Part shown: positions 28,182 through 38,637 of the stretch, one piece after another
How the letters are laid out: each line of letters opens with the position of its first letter
Position numbering within the stretch: position 1 is the stretch's first letter
From: a virus
Lineage: Duplodnaviria > Caudoviricetes
Strand: one strand, 5' to 3'
IMG/VR virus record: IMGVR_UViG_3300021387_000087
DNA: 64,000 nt
Translations under genes and position numbers: made by a program
Notes under the pieces: model-generated
The model's input: only the letters and a program-made list of their open reading frames with translations
What the model was told of the DNA's origin: nothing
Databases searched by the model: none

Positions 28182-29756
28182 TTAATCGGGTACAGTAACT
28201 AAATCTGCGGGAACCCATGTTTTAAGTTCACCGCTAGAGTTTAAACCGACATAGGTTACGTAGCTATTGCTACCTGCACCAGAGATTGTAAGACGGTTCG
28301 AATATGTACCACTTGTGCCAGAGAGGACATGGTAGAACTGTTTCGGTGCTGCTGAGGTTCCAGACGGCATATTAATGAATTGGCACCACGCATCAAAGGT
28401 ATTGCTTCTGCAATAGTCCCCGAAGGTGTTGTTGCCACAATCCTCCCCAAAGGTGTTGTTGCTGCAATCGTTTCCAAAGCTGTTGGCGCCACAACCGCTC
28501 CCAAAGGTGTTGTTGCTGCAATCGTTTCCAAAAGTGTTGCTGCCGCAACCGCTCCCAAAGGTGATGTTGTAGCACATGTCCCCAAAGCTGTTGGCGCCAC
28601 AACCGCTCCCAAAGGTGATGTTGCTGCAACTCTCCTCAAAAGTGTTGTTGGTGCAATCGTTCCCAAAGAAGTTGGCGTTACAGTTGCTCCCAAAAGTGTT
28701 GCTACCACAACCGTTTCCAAAAGTGATGTTGCTGCAACCCCCCTCAAAAGTGTTGTTGGTGCAATCGTTCCCAAAAGTATTGTTGGTGCAAGCTTCCCCA
28801 AAAGTGATGTTGCCACAATAACTACCAAAGGTGTTGCCGGTGCAGCCACTAAAGGTGATGTCACCACAACCTCCCCCGAAGGTGTTGTTGGTACAAGCAG
28901 CCCCAAAGGTAATCCTGACGCAATCCCCTCCAATGGTGTTGTAGCTGCAATAATTACTAAAGAGGTTTATGAAAACAATATCATTCAAATAATAGATATA
29001 CGGCCCAGTGTACCCTGTCATATCGGCATAGCTTCGGCAACTTGTAATGACGTTACCACAAACTATGCAACCCGTGGTTTCATCCATCACCGCAACAGAC
29101 CCGTCCTCATAAGTCGGTGTATCAGCATTTAAATCATAAACGCTGAATGTATAGAGCCATACCGGGTTAGTCTCATCAATCGCCGTGATAGCCGCTGCGT
29201 GTTCAAGAGTAGTAAACATTCCAACAAGATCCTGCACGGTACACTCTGTGATCTTATACCGTTTAAACTGAATTTGTTTAAAGTCATAAGAGCACTCGTT
29301 GCCACGTTCATCTTTCATCCAAAAGATGACGCCCTTGCCGTTGGTAGCATCTGCCCACCCGAAACGATTTCTGTCGTTGTCAATACAGTACTTCAGCTCC
29401 CACGCCTCAAGGTTTGCTGAGTGGTTTTCGGCTGTATAATAGGCATCGCCCTCATGTAAGCAAGCACGGGCATTTTCGTTCAATATCGACGCATCGTCCG
29501 CAACAACAATAACGTCAAATGGATGCGATACCGCCCTTGACTCTTCCTGTGTAGTAGTACAGATATAGTCAGTGATACGGTACTGCATCCCCGGTGTCAA
29601 TGTCCCGGCGTTACGCATCGCCAAAAGTTCCGCATAGGTAGTAGATTTCATTGGACTTCCACCGCCACCAGCATTTGCAATTCCATCTTCTATATTATTT
29701 AATTTTTCTTTGGTAATCACGTCACCATTTTCCCAAACAGTTTTTATATAAGCCAT
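28182..29756 (-). CDS. Tail fibre/adhesin with 9-aa C-x-x-N-T-F-G repeats
   Basis: N-terminal YIKTVWENGDVITKEKLNNIEDGI anchor motif; about 20 CxxNTFGxx repeats. Confidence 0.75.
   Translation of the reverse strand: MAYIKTVWENGDVITKEKLNNIEDGIANAGGGGSPMKSTTYAELLAMRNAGTLTPGMQYRITDYICTTTQEESRAVSHPFDVIVVADDASILNENARACLHEGDAYYTAENHSANLEAWELKYCIDNDRNRFGWADATNGKGVIFWMKDERGNECSYDFKQIQFKRYKITECTVQDLVGMFTTLEHAAAITAIDETNPVWLYTFSVYDLNADTPTYEDGSVAVMDETTGCIVCGNVITSCRSYADMTGYTGPYIYYLNDIVFINLFSNYCSYNTIGGDCVRITFGAACTNNTFGGGCGDITFSGCTGNTFGSYCGNITFGEACTNNTFGNDCTNNTFEGGCSNITFGNGCGSNTFGSNCNANFFGNDCTNNTFEESCSNITFGSGCGANSFGDMCYNITFGSGCGSNTFGNDCSNNTFGSGCGANSFGNDCSNNTFGEDCGNNTFGDYCRSNTFDAWCQFINMPSGTSAAPKQFYHVLSGTSGTYSNRLTISGAGSNSYVTYVGLNSSGELKTWVPADLVTVPD
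28390..28950 (-). repeat. 27-bp-period coding repeat array with exact internal duplications
   Basis: 36-bp identical copies at 28474-28509 and 28582-28617; 33-bp copies at 28446 and 28500; about 34-bp copies at 28634 and 28742. Confidence 0.9.
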
Positions 29757-29771
29757 ATCATTACCTCCTTT

Positions 29772-31166
29772 TTATCCTACTATAGCATTACCTACTATTG
29801 CTTCTCCCACAGTATTATTTGTATCATCATTTTCTGAAGTATCTACCCAAACTATTATTTGCGGATCAGTAGGTTCGGTATCTCCAATATATACACCAGA
29901 ATTACCTGTGTCACCTTTTATACCTTGAATACCCTGTTCGCCTTGTATTCCTTGATCCCCTTTATCACCTTTGTCTCCCTTCTCGCCTTTTAATCCAGCA
30001 AGTTGTTCAGGAGTAAAATCTTCATAAACAAACGGGTCGCCTTTATCACCCTTACTTCCAGTATCACCCTTATCACCTTTAACTCCTTTAGGAATACCAT
30101 AAGTAAGAGTGACTGCACCAGTTTCAGGATCGACAGTTTTCTCAACAGTAACATCAGAACCAACATCTAATGTAACAGCTTGTACATTCATATTTTGAAT
30201 AGCTTGATTTGCGGATTGTGCGGACTCAGCATAATTCTGGGCAGAATTTACAGCAGACAACACATCAGACTTAGCCGATTCAACCACTTCTCTATCTGAT
30301 TGTGTTTTTTGTGCGTTTAATTCTGCATTATCAGCGGATGCGGATGCCGAATTTGCAGCTTCTCCTGCATATGTTGCGGCTTGCTGTGCGTGTATTGCAG
30401 CGTTTGACGCTTCATCTGCCTTAGTTGCGGCAATATATGCGCTTTCTGATATTTCACCAGCTTTTTCTGTAGCAGTATTAGCAGACGCTTCTGCATTACG
30501 GGAAGCGGTTTCCGCACGCTCTGTATATTGTTCAATATCATTTGCAATCTGTTCAGCATGTGATTCAGATTGTTTTGCGCTCTCTTCACTAGCTTTTGCA
30601 TTTGTTTCAGATTTTTCAGAACTTTCAGCAGCAGTTTCCGCACGTTCCATATATTGTTGTGCCAGCTCTTCTGAATTAGATGCGTTTGTTGCGGATTGTT
30701 CAGCACTCGTAGCCGATTCATGAGCACGATTAGCACTATTTTCAGCACTTTCTACATCTGCCGAAGTTCGTTCAACTGCTTCATTTAAAGTAGCAATAGC
30801 TGTAGAAACCACATCCTGTTCAACAGGCTCTAATTCAATATCAGCACGCTTAGAACGTTTATTAATAGGAATATTAATAATATATTTAGTGCGTCCATCT
30901 TTATCTGTGGCGTGTACATTGATCATTACGATAATGTCTTTGCCTGATAAAAAATAATTATCATCTATTGGCAATTCGTTATTTGTTCCTATTGCAGCTT
31001 TTGCTTGTTTATCACCTTTGTTTGCAATATCTGCATCAAAGCTTGCGGGCAAGTGTAATCCGCTAATCTTTACTACTTGCCCATAAGCATACTGAGAGCG
31101 CGGGTCAGTTGTTATCTCGTGACCATGATTAAATCTAGCATAAATAATATTATCATTATTTGCCAT
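29772..31166 (-). CDS. Tail fibre/baseplate-attached protein with Ala/Ser-rich coiled region and collagen repeats
   Basis: Ala/Ser/Glu-rich heptads, GXY runs, VYIGDTEPTDP...VWVD motif. Confidence 0.75.
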   Translation of the reverse strand: MANNDNIIYARFNHGHEITTDPRSQYAYGQVVKISGLHLPASFDADIANKGDKQAKAAIGTNNELPIDDNYFLSGKDIIVMINVHATDKDGRTKYIINIPINKRSKRADIELEPVEQDVVSTAIATLNEAVERTSADVESAENSANRAHESATSAEQSATNASNSEELAQQYMERAETAAESSEKSETNAKASEESAKQSESHAEQIANDIEQYTERAETASRNAEASANTATEKAGEISESAYIAATKADEASNAAIHAQQAATYAGEAANSASASADNAELNAQKTQSDREVVESAKSDVLSAVNSAQNYAESAQSANQAIQNMNVQAVTLDVGSDVTVEKTVDPETGAVTLTYGIPKGVKGDKGDTGSKGDKGDPFVYEDFTPEQLAGLKGEKGDKGDKGDQGIQGEQGIQGIKGDTGNSGVYIGDTEPTDPQIIVWVDTSENDDTNNTVGEAIVGNAIVG

Positions 31167-31196
31167 GTTTATTCACCTCTTTTAATTAATGTTTAT

Positions 31197-31577
31197 TTAA
31201 TGCGGGATTATTCCATATATAGTTTGATAATGAATTAAATTGTAGTGCGACCCGTTTGTTCCCGCACTTATTGCCCTGATACCGATCTGGTTGTTAGCCC
31301 AGTCAACATATAATGATCCTCTGAATTTACCTGCATCAGGCCAGTCTGTGAGACATCTCTCAAGAGTATCGCCTCTTACTATATAAAATATTTCAAGATG
31401 TTCATGCACTACAAAACTAATTGCAATCATATCCCAATCTGCGAGAAAAGCGTGCTTATGATATTCCCAAGCTGTACCAACTTTTGTTGCTGTTGTATTG
31501 GTATTGTATAATTGAGTAGGACTAAAAGCTATTCTTTTCAACATCTTTGTAAGGAGTTTTTTAATATCAATAATCAT
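31197..31577 (-). CDS. Hypothetical tail-region protein
   Basis: 126-aa ORF coupled to the upstream gene. Confidence 0.7.
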   Translation of the reverse strand: MIIDIKKLLTKMLKRIAFSPTQLYNTNTTATKVGTAWEYHKHAFLADWDMIAISFVVHEHLEIFYIVRGDTLERCLTDWPDAGKFRGSLYVDWANNQIGIRAISAGTNGSHYNLIHYQTIYGIIPH

Positions 31578-33190
31578 TAAATCACCTCGTTTTCCCAGCC
31601 TAAAGTTGTTGCAATAACATTATAAAATTCAGCATCCACCGTGTCCAAAGATGCATACTGATTAATTTCTAAAAAAATATTATTTCTAAATGTAAAATTC
31701 ATATTAACAAAAATTCCTGTTTCATCATCAGGGGCTTGTTGTCCAAAACCAATAGCAGTACCATCTGTATTAATGTCAATAATAAAAGAAGAAATAGATA
31801 CATATGTAGTACGTTCTATTGTTGCTCGGTCTCCTTCAGGTGTTAAAACCACTTTTATATCATATGCTTCTCCAACATCAAAATTGTTTCCAAGATTCTC
31901 TATAATAGTAGTATTAGTAGGAGACGTTATAGTTTTTGCTAAAATATAATCGGCGCTTCTTTTTAATTTATAATATATTTCTATTTTCTCTGGATTTACA
32001 TCTGTAGTATCGGAAATTCCTTTGACCCAATTAAAACTAACTTTTACATATGTTCCCTCAGAATCATCTACATTAGCACTATTAACTCTTTGCGCTGTTA
32101 AATTGTTTAATTGTGGAGCTGTATAAACAGATTTCCATTGAGCATATAACGCAACAGCGGCATTTGTGGTATAAGTGGCGCCCGGCGCATAAGAAACACC
32201 TGTTCCTGATGCGCTAGTATTCCAGTTAACGAAAGCGTAATCTGTTCTTGTGGGAATCCCTCTTCGTAATGTTAAATCAGTTCCATAGGTTTTAGTCTGA
32301 TTGCTAGGCGCACCAGAGCCGCCATTAGAATGATACGTCACTGAGTACGTATTGATAGTCCATTGTGCATATAAGGTTAGAGCTGAATTTCCTTGATATG
32401 TAGCACCCGGCGCATAATTTGTACCACTTCCATTAGACGCTGTATTCCACGTAGAAAATGTATAACCCGTTCGTGTGGGTCTAGTAGAAGAGAGGGTCAA
32501 ATTTGTTCCGTATGTCTTGGACTGATTGCTTGGGGCACCTTGTCCACCATTCGCATTATAAGAAACGGTATAAGTATTAGCTGTCCATTTTGCGTATAAC
32601 GCTAAATTAGCATTTCCTGTATAAGTTCCTCCAGACGCATAGTTTGTACCAGTTCCATTAGAAGCTGTATTCCACGTAGAAAAGGAATAACCCGGCCTTG
32701 TCGGTTTTGTAGAAGACAGAGTGATATTTGTACCATGGGTCTTGGTCTGATTCCCCGGTGCTCCTGAACCACCATTTGCACTATATGAAACTGTATAAGT
32801 AGGAAGTGCGGCAATCGTACAAGAGTAATATGCAGGTGAACTGTCTACTAACACATTTCCACCCCCACTTGGGTTTTTTATAACGCCGTCCCATTGCACA
32901 TAAAAACTACGTGCTGATGTTAATCTTGAAACTGTTACAGTTTTTGACCCTACTGGGAAGTGTTCCCATTGACTTTTCTCGTTTGTAAAACTTTTGGAAT
33001 AAGACTTCCATTCAAAATTACCCTGAAGCTGGCCACTAACATTATAAGCGGTTGAACGATAGGGAATTTTATTAACAGCCTGAATACCAAAAACAATATT
33101 AAACACATAATTAGTCGCGTTTACTGTAACTGTAACTGATATATATGGACGTTCGTCCTGTGCTCCTACACCGCCATAAACTGTAGACAT
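31577..33190 (-). CDS. Virion protein with three InlB B-repeat (Listeria-Bacteroides repeat) domains
   Basis: 3 x YTVSYxANGGxGAPxNQxK...PTRxGYxFxxWNT...LYAxW. Confidence 0.85.
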   Translation of the reverse strand: MSTVYGGVGAQDERPYISVTVTVNATNYVFNIVFGIQAVNKIPYRSTAYNVSGQLQGNFEWKSYSKSFTNEKSQWEHFPVGSKTVTVSRLTSARSFYVQWDGVIKNPSGGGNVLVDSSPAYYSCTIAALPTYTVSYSANGGSGAPGNQTKTHGTNITLSSTKPTRPGYSFSTWNTASNGTGTNYASGGTYTGNANLALYAKWTANTYTVSYNANGGQGAPSNQSKTYGTNLTLSSTRPTRTGYTFSTWNTASNGSGTNYAPGATYQGNSALTLYAQWTINTYSVTYHSNGGSGAPSNQTKTYGTDLTLRRGIPTRTDYAFVNWNTSASGTGVSYAPGATYTTNAAVALYAQWKSVYTAPQLNNLTAQRVNSANVDDSEGTYVKVSFNWVKGISDTTDVNPEKIEIYYKLKRSADYILAKTITSPTNTTIIENLGNNFDVGEAYDIKVVLTPEGDRATIERTTYVSISSFIIDINTDGTAIGFGQQAPDDETGIFVNMNFTFRNNIFLEINQYASLDTVDAEFYNVIATTLGWENEVI

Positions 33191-33209
33191 ATATCATCAC
33201 CTCCTTCTT

Positions 33210-36200
33210 TTAATTCATTATTTTCAATGACAAATGACCATTGGTTCTCATAACCCAACCAATTTGTCCTATTGTTTCACCAGTTTCTGCGTTTGTTGTT
33301 TGCATTAATAAATTAGTTATACTTGCTGTAGGAATATTCATCTGATTTTGTGACATATAAGCAGTTTCGTTAGCATCAACCCAAAATCCTAACTTGTTAG
33401 ATTCTATCAACAGATAATTTCTATCATTTGTTGCTAATTTAATAGACGGGACTTCAGGATCAATTTGAATATATTTTTGAGTGTTTTCAATAACTTCTGC
33501 ATTTTGCTCTATTGCTTGAGCATTTAAATCAATATTTTCATTTAATCCTTCTAACTCGCTTCGCAAATCTTTTTCTGTACCATTGCTGTGGAAAGATATA
33601 CTGTCCGCAACTATACGTAATGAATCAGCTTTAGCGTCATTATCAGTATCTTCAAAGGCAATATAAGTTGTATCGTTGCCTATCTTATATGGAGTTTCAT
33701 CATCAAAAGTAATTCCAAGACTACTATAATGCGCTAATTCTTTCTGGTCTTCCCTGATCGTTACTGCGTCATCTCCAACGAGCACATGATTCCCGCTTTC
33801 TTTTCCTATTCGAATAAAAGGCAGTGAAAATTCACCTTCCTCAACTTTATCGAACCACATTTTAATATAACTTACACCGTTTTTTAATAGTTCAAGCGTA
33901 CTGCCAATTGACCAGCCTGTATTTTTTTGACCAACAGGATGTACCATAATACCATCTTCATTTTGTTCGGTTTCATATTCATCAATGTAAGCGGAAACTA
34001 TATCGTCAGACATATTCCACGCTTGACCATCAAAATAAAACGTTCTGATTGCACCAGCGTGCCAATTAAAACGACTATTAACCTTTAAAACATCACCATT
34101 AACCAGCAATGGCTTTTGTGTTATATTCGCAACATTAAAAACGGTATTATCTGAAGTGTTAGAGTACATAAAATCAACCGTGATAGTTGTACCCTTACAT
34201 ATAACGGCTTCCGCACATTCTATTACTTTTTCAGGAATTTCTTCAGTGACAGAACATATTCCATATAAAGAATAAGGCGCATTCTGTAACACCCAATAAG
34301 TTCCATCATATACAAATTCCATCTGCGCATCTTCTGCCCATAACAACTGATTGGATTCAGACACTATAGCTTGATTAATTAATATTTGTTTTGCTCCCGT
34401 ATTATTCACATTAAGAGAGGGCACATTAGTGGAATTCGCATTTTCAAAAGCTACTTGTATTCTTACGCCATCAAATAAAATAAAGTTCTCACATACGACT
34501 TCTTTAAGTGGTGTATCTGCAGCAGTTGAACACGTTCCATAAACCGCTGTTGCTAAATTCTTAGCTTGATCTATATCTGCTTGTGTATCTTCTGGTGCGG
34601 GCGTCCAGTCTGTAGACCTGTTCCCCTTTTCAACCTTTATATTAGTAAAGCGCCCTTGTTTAATAGTTCCATCCATAATGCCTATCATAACGTTTATTGT
34701 GTCTACAGTGTATGTACTATGAGTTGGCACTGTAAAAGTGTGAGAAAATCTGGTGATTGCTTCTGTAAGAGGAAATCTTTGTATAGCCTGTGAAAGATTA
34801 GCTCCACCCTCTGTTGATCTATAATGCAACCACACTACAGCGTTACCTTCACCTTCAATTAATTGAGCATCAAATGAAATTGTTATTTCGTCTCCTGAAG
34901 CTATTTGCATAGGATCAGCAGTTGTTTTTTTGCCCAGTTCCCAACTAAAGCCACCGTAAGTTTTATCTGTACCCATTGTTACATGTGCCCAATTTTTATT
35001 TTCAATATTTTCATCTATTGTAACAGTAGCACCAGCCCAAATGCTCCACTTATTTAACTGGTCTCTAAAGTTACTGTTCCTTTTGTAATTCCTACCACCA
35101 ACTTCAATTTTATCAATAGCAGCTTGATAATCCGTAACTTTAACCCATTTACTACCATCATATCTATAGCTACTTCCGTCTGTAGCGTCTACAAGATAAT
35201 CACCAGTCTCTACACCAGTATAAGTACCAGATGTGGTGCCATAAAAGATTGTTGATTTGCTATCAACTTTATCAAACAACTCCCCTGATGCAGAATATAC
35301 TGACCACGTATTATTTGAACCATTGTATCTGTATACATTATCTTTTATATATGTTGATGTAGTTGTACCTGTGTAATACCAAAGATCTCCATCGTGAGCC
35401 ATTTTTAATTCCGTAGTAGTCCAAGATAATGCAGGATTAGTTGATTGATAAAAAGTTTGAATTTTTTCGTCTATTTGTGATTGAAGGTCTGTACGGAGAG
35501 TAGAAATTTCTTGTTCTACATCTTCAGGGGCGGGAGACCAGTCTGTTGCTTTATTACCTTTTTCAACTTTTAAATTAGAAATCCTGAAAAAATTATTTGT
35601 ACCATAATCAGAATAAAACTCAAGATAGTCATGTGGAAGACTCGGTGATTCTCTGTCAGTTATAGTAGATACAAATGTAATACGTTCATCTATTATATCA
35701 CCGACTTGATAAGAAGTGCCTGATAATATATTGGTATATATACAAGTTTGATGCACTCCTTTGTTATTACTATTATATACAGCAAGTTTTGGTTTTGCTG
35801 TACGTACTACCATATAAAGATCAAAAGATATACAAATATCATCATTGTTATTTAATGGTAGTGCACATCCTAAATCAAAATAGGCATATTCATTTCTTGA
35901 ACCATCAGCTGATTCTGTTTTATCTATAATAACACCTTTTGTATTTCTTGCTAAATTACGTCCACCAATTTGAATATTATCAATAGCAGTTTTATAATCA
36001 GTTACTTTAACCCAAGCACCATTATTCCAACGATAACTACTTCCATCTGTACTATCTACTAAATAATCTCCTTCTTCAGCAGAGGTTACGCTACTCGTTG
36101 TCCCATAATAAATAGCACTCTTACCATCAATTTTATCAAACAAATCAGGATTAGCTGAATATGCAGACCATACATTAGTTTCACCATTATATTGATAGGT

Positions 36201-38570
36201 TGTATTATTTTTATAAGTAGTGCCAGATTCACCAATATAATACCAAAGATCACCAGTATGATTCGGTCTTTCTTCCGCAGTCCAAGAATTTGCGGGATTA
36301 GTCTTTTGACACCATGTTTCGACCTTACTGTCAATTTGTGTTTCTAAAGATGTCTTTAATGAATTGATATTTTGTAATGTTTGTGCTTTATCATATAAAA
36401 TAAATTCACCATTATAAAACATATAAGCAGGATTCTCTGTACTTAACCATACTTGATAGCTACTATATGCCATACCTACATATACATACACTTTTCCATC
36501 TGCATAAGTCGGTTCTGTTTGTGTATACCATTGACCAACATCTAAATGAAATAATCCATCATTCTCAATAGTTCCTACTATATAAACAGGATGTTGTGTT
36601 GTTAACGTACTTGCGCAATTTGTTGAATATCTTAAATCAACAGGATAAGCATCATAAATAGTTGACGTATTCATTCCTAATTTATAATTATAATATGTAT
36701 CAAGAGAACTATTTGAGGTTTGCGCACCTGCCCCTGCACTATATAAAATTTTACCAAGTATAAATCCACCCGTATAAACAGGTTTTCCAGTGTTTGTTGT
36801 TTTATATGCTCCAGAATAAAAACAAGACCATGTATTTTCACTATCTTTCATAATAAGGTTATACCCTTTAATTCCATTAGTTCCTGCCTTTACATTATTA
36901 CTATATTGAGTATAACTAGTATTTTGATAATAACTTGCATTTGCAAAAAATCCTCTTACAATGGCGGATCCCCCTGTCGTTTCTGTAGCATTTGAAAGCA
37001 AATTTTCTCGATAAGTAAAATCAATTGCTGTACCTGCTCCATAATGAGTAGTCAATCTTGCAGTTTGAGAATAGTAACAAGGAATCCATTCAGACTTAGT
37101 TCCATCTGGATATATTAATCTTAAATAAACATTACTGTTTGATGATGTATCATCCCAGCCAACTAATTCACTTGTTTGTGTTGAATTAACAACATTTCCA
37201 TAAGAATAAGTAACAGTAATTTTTTGACCATCTTCTAATCTATTAAAAGGTACAGAAGTTTCCCACATACGAGAACGGTTTTTATTAACTACAGTAGTAC
37301 TAACATCTGCTTTATTTAAACTATCAGCAATCGTATCAACATTAGTAATATCTCCTACTTCATTACCAAATAGCATACCGGGAGCAGGATAAAAATGTTT
37401 ACTTACCTTATCATATAAACCTGTTATACCATCCGCTTTTCTTATTGAACCAACTAAATCAACCGCAAGAGTATCACCATCATAAAATTTAAGTGAATAT
37501 ATTCGTGTACTAGAAGGTTCAGTTATATTTCCTGTACTTGTTCGTCTTAAACCTTCATAAAGACCAAAAACAGCCATATTACAATAAGGTTTTGTGGTAT
37601 TTTCATCTACTCTTGTAACGGTAGCAGTTGTACCATCAGTTTTTGTTACAGTAGTACCTTGAAGTTTAATAGTTTGTCTGGAATGATCCGTTTTAAAACC
37701 AGTAGCTATAGTAGTGCCATTTCCAATTCTTAACAAACCAGTATTATAAGAAGATAATTGACAGTTATTAACACCGCTAGCATTTCTAACGCCAAAAATT
37801 GTACCATAACCATTTACATTTGTAGATTCATTCCATGCACCTGTGCTAGTATTAACAGCATTTCGGCTAATAAAGTCTATCTCAAAGCCCCATGTTTTAA
37901 TTGGCGGTTTCCAATCTAAATATACGTATTGTTTACCAGTAGATTCTACCCATTCAACTTCTTTATAAGGCGGTTCTACTGTACCAACCCCATCATTCAC
38001 AATAGGAATAGTTATATGGTCTAATAATACTGTGAGACCTCCTGCCTGATACAATGAACATTTAATAAGCGCAGTATTTTCAGGTATTGTAAATGTAACG
38101 GAAGATTCATCAACCCCTGTTCCAGATGTAGGATAAACTATTACCCAAGTAACCTTATCAGTAGTTACTTCAATTTTAAATCTACCTGCATATGGTGTAA
38201 CCGCGCTAGTTCCTTGTTTAAATATTGCAGAAAAAGTAATTGTAGGGGTAGATAGTTCTCCTGTTTCTGATTTAGTTACAATAGTATCAGACGCATTTAA
38301 TTTGTATGAGTAAGCGGAAGTACCTGTCGCACCTTGCTGTCCTGTAATATTTACAGGATCAGATTCTGAATAATACGACCCATTATCAAGTTTTCCCTCA
38401 TATGTTGTTCTAATCTTTTGCCAAACGTATCTTCCATCGACCCATGTAGGTTTTGTGGTAGACCACGAACCGCCAGTTTGAGTTGTTGGACTCGTTGACT
38501 GATAATAATATACTTCTATTTTTGTTATAGTATTATAAGAAGTAAGAGTAGTTGAACCATAAGTTATCAT
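33210..38570 (-). CDS. Large host-specificity/tail fibre protein with duplicated carbohydrate-binding modules
   Basis: Two GGRN...KVEKGNxxTDWxPAPED modules; start probably MITYGS (38570). Confidence 0.8.
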   Translation of the reverse strand: MITYGSTTLTSYNTITKIEVYYYQSTSPTTQTGGSWSTTKPTWVDGRYVWQKIRTTYEGKLDNGSYYSESDPVNITGQQGATGTSAYSYKLNASDTIVTKSETGELSTPTITFSAIFKQGTSAVTPYAGRFKIEVTTDKVTWVIVYPTSGTGVDESSVTFTIPENTALIKCSLYQAGGLTVLLDHITIPIVNDGVGTVEPPYKEVEWVESTGKQYVYLDWKPPIKTWGFEIDFISRNAVNTSTGAWNESTNVNGYGTIFGVRNASGVNNCQLSSYNTGLLRIGNGTTIATGFKTDHSRQTIKLQGTTVTKTDGTTATVTRVDENTTKPYCNMAVFGLYEGLRRTSTGNITEPSSTRIYSLKFYDGDTLAVDLVGSIRKADGITGLYDKVSKHFYPAPGMLFGNEVGDITNVDTIADSLNKADVSTTVVNKNRSRMWETSVPFNRLEDGQKITVTYSYGNVVNSTQTSELVGWDDTSSNSNVYLRLIYPDGTKSEWIPCYYSQTARLTTHYGAGTAIDFTYRENLLSNATETTGGSAIVRGFFANASYYQNTSYTQYSNNVKAGTNGIKGYNLIMKDSENTWSCFYSGAYKTTNTGKPVYTGGFILGKILYSAGAGAQTSNSSLDTYYNYKLGMNTSTIYDAYPVDLRYSTNCASTLTTQHPVYIVGTIENDGLFHLDVGQWYTQTEPTYADGKVYVYVGMAYSSYQVWLSTENPAYMFYNGEFILYDKAQTLQNINSLKTSLETQIDSKVETWCQKTNPANSWTAEERPNHTGDLWYYIGESGTTYKNNTTYQYNGETNVWSAYSANPDLFDKIDGKSAIYYGTTSSVTSAEEGDYLVDSTDGSSYRWNNGAWVKVTDYKTAIDNIQIGGRNLARNTKGVIIDKTESADGSRNEYAYFDLGCALPLNNNDDICISFDLYMVVRTAKPKLAVYNSNNKGVHQTCIYTNILSGTSYQVGDIIDERITFVSTITDRESPSLPHDYLEFYSDYGTNNFFRISNLKVEKGNKATDWSPAPEDVEQEISTLRTDLQSQIDEKIQTFYQSTNPALSWTTTELKMAHDGDLWYYTGTTTSTYIKDNVYRYNGSNNTWSVYSASGELFDKVDSKSTIFYGTTSGTYTGVETGDYLVDATDGSSYRYDGSKWVKVTDYQAAIDKIEVGGRNYKRNSNFRDQLNKWSIWAGATVTIDENIENKNWAHVTMGTDKTYGGFSWELGKKTTADPMQIASGDEITISFDAQLIEGEGNAVVWLHYRSTEGGANLSQAIQRFPLTEAITRFSHTFTVPTHSTYTVDTINVMIGIMDGTIKQGRFTNIKVEKGNRSTDWTPAPEDTQADIDQAKNLATAVYGTCSTAADTPLKEVVCENFILFDGVRIQVAFENANSTNVPSLNVNNTGAKQILINQAIVSESNQLLWAEDAQMEFVYDGTYWVLQNAPYSLYGICSVTEEIPEKVIECAEAVICKGTTITVDFMYSNTSDNTVFNVANITQKPLLVNGDVLKVNSRFNWHAGAIRTFYFDGQAWNMSDDIVSAYIDEYETEQNEDGIMVHPVGQKNTGWSIGSTLELLKNGVSYIKMWFDKVEEGEFSLPFIRIGKESGNHVLVGDDAVTIREDQKELAHYSSLGITFDDETPYKIGNDTTYIAFEDTDNDAKADSLRIVADSISFHSNGTEKDLRSELEGLNENIDLNAQAIEQNAEVIENTQKYIQIDPEVPSIKLATNDRNYLLIESNKLGFWVDANETAYMSQNQMNIPTASITNLLMQTTNAETGETIGQIGWVMRTNGHLSLKIMN

Positions 38571-38637
38571 ATTAATTTCCCTTTCTTCCATAAAATGCTG
38601 ATAGTTGTATCAGCATTTTAAAATACTAATACAACTA

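Noticed and set aside
28256-29132. Long alternative-frame and antisense ORFs over the repeat array
   Set aside because: These are a by-product of a stop-poor 27-bp repeat; they have no RBS and low-complexity products.
26336-29756. Diversity-generating retroelement (AAC-rich repeats in fibre genes)
   Set aside because: No reverse transcriptase in the window and no TR/VR pair differing only at adenines was seen.
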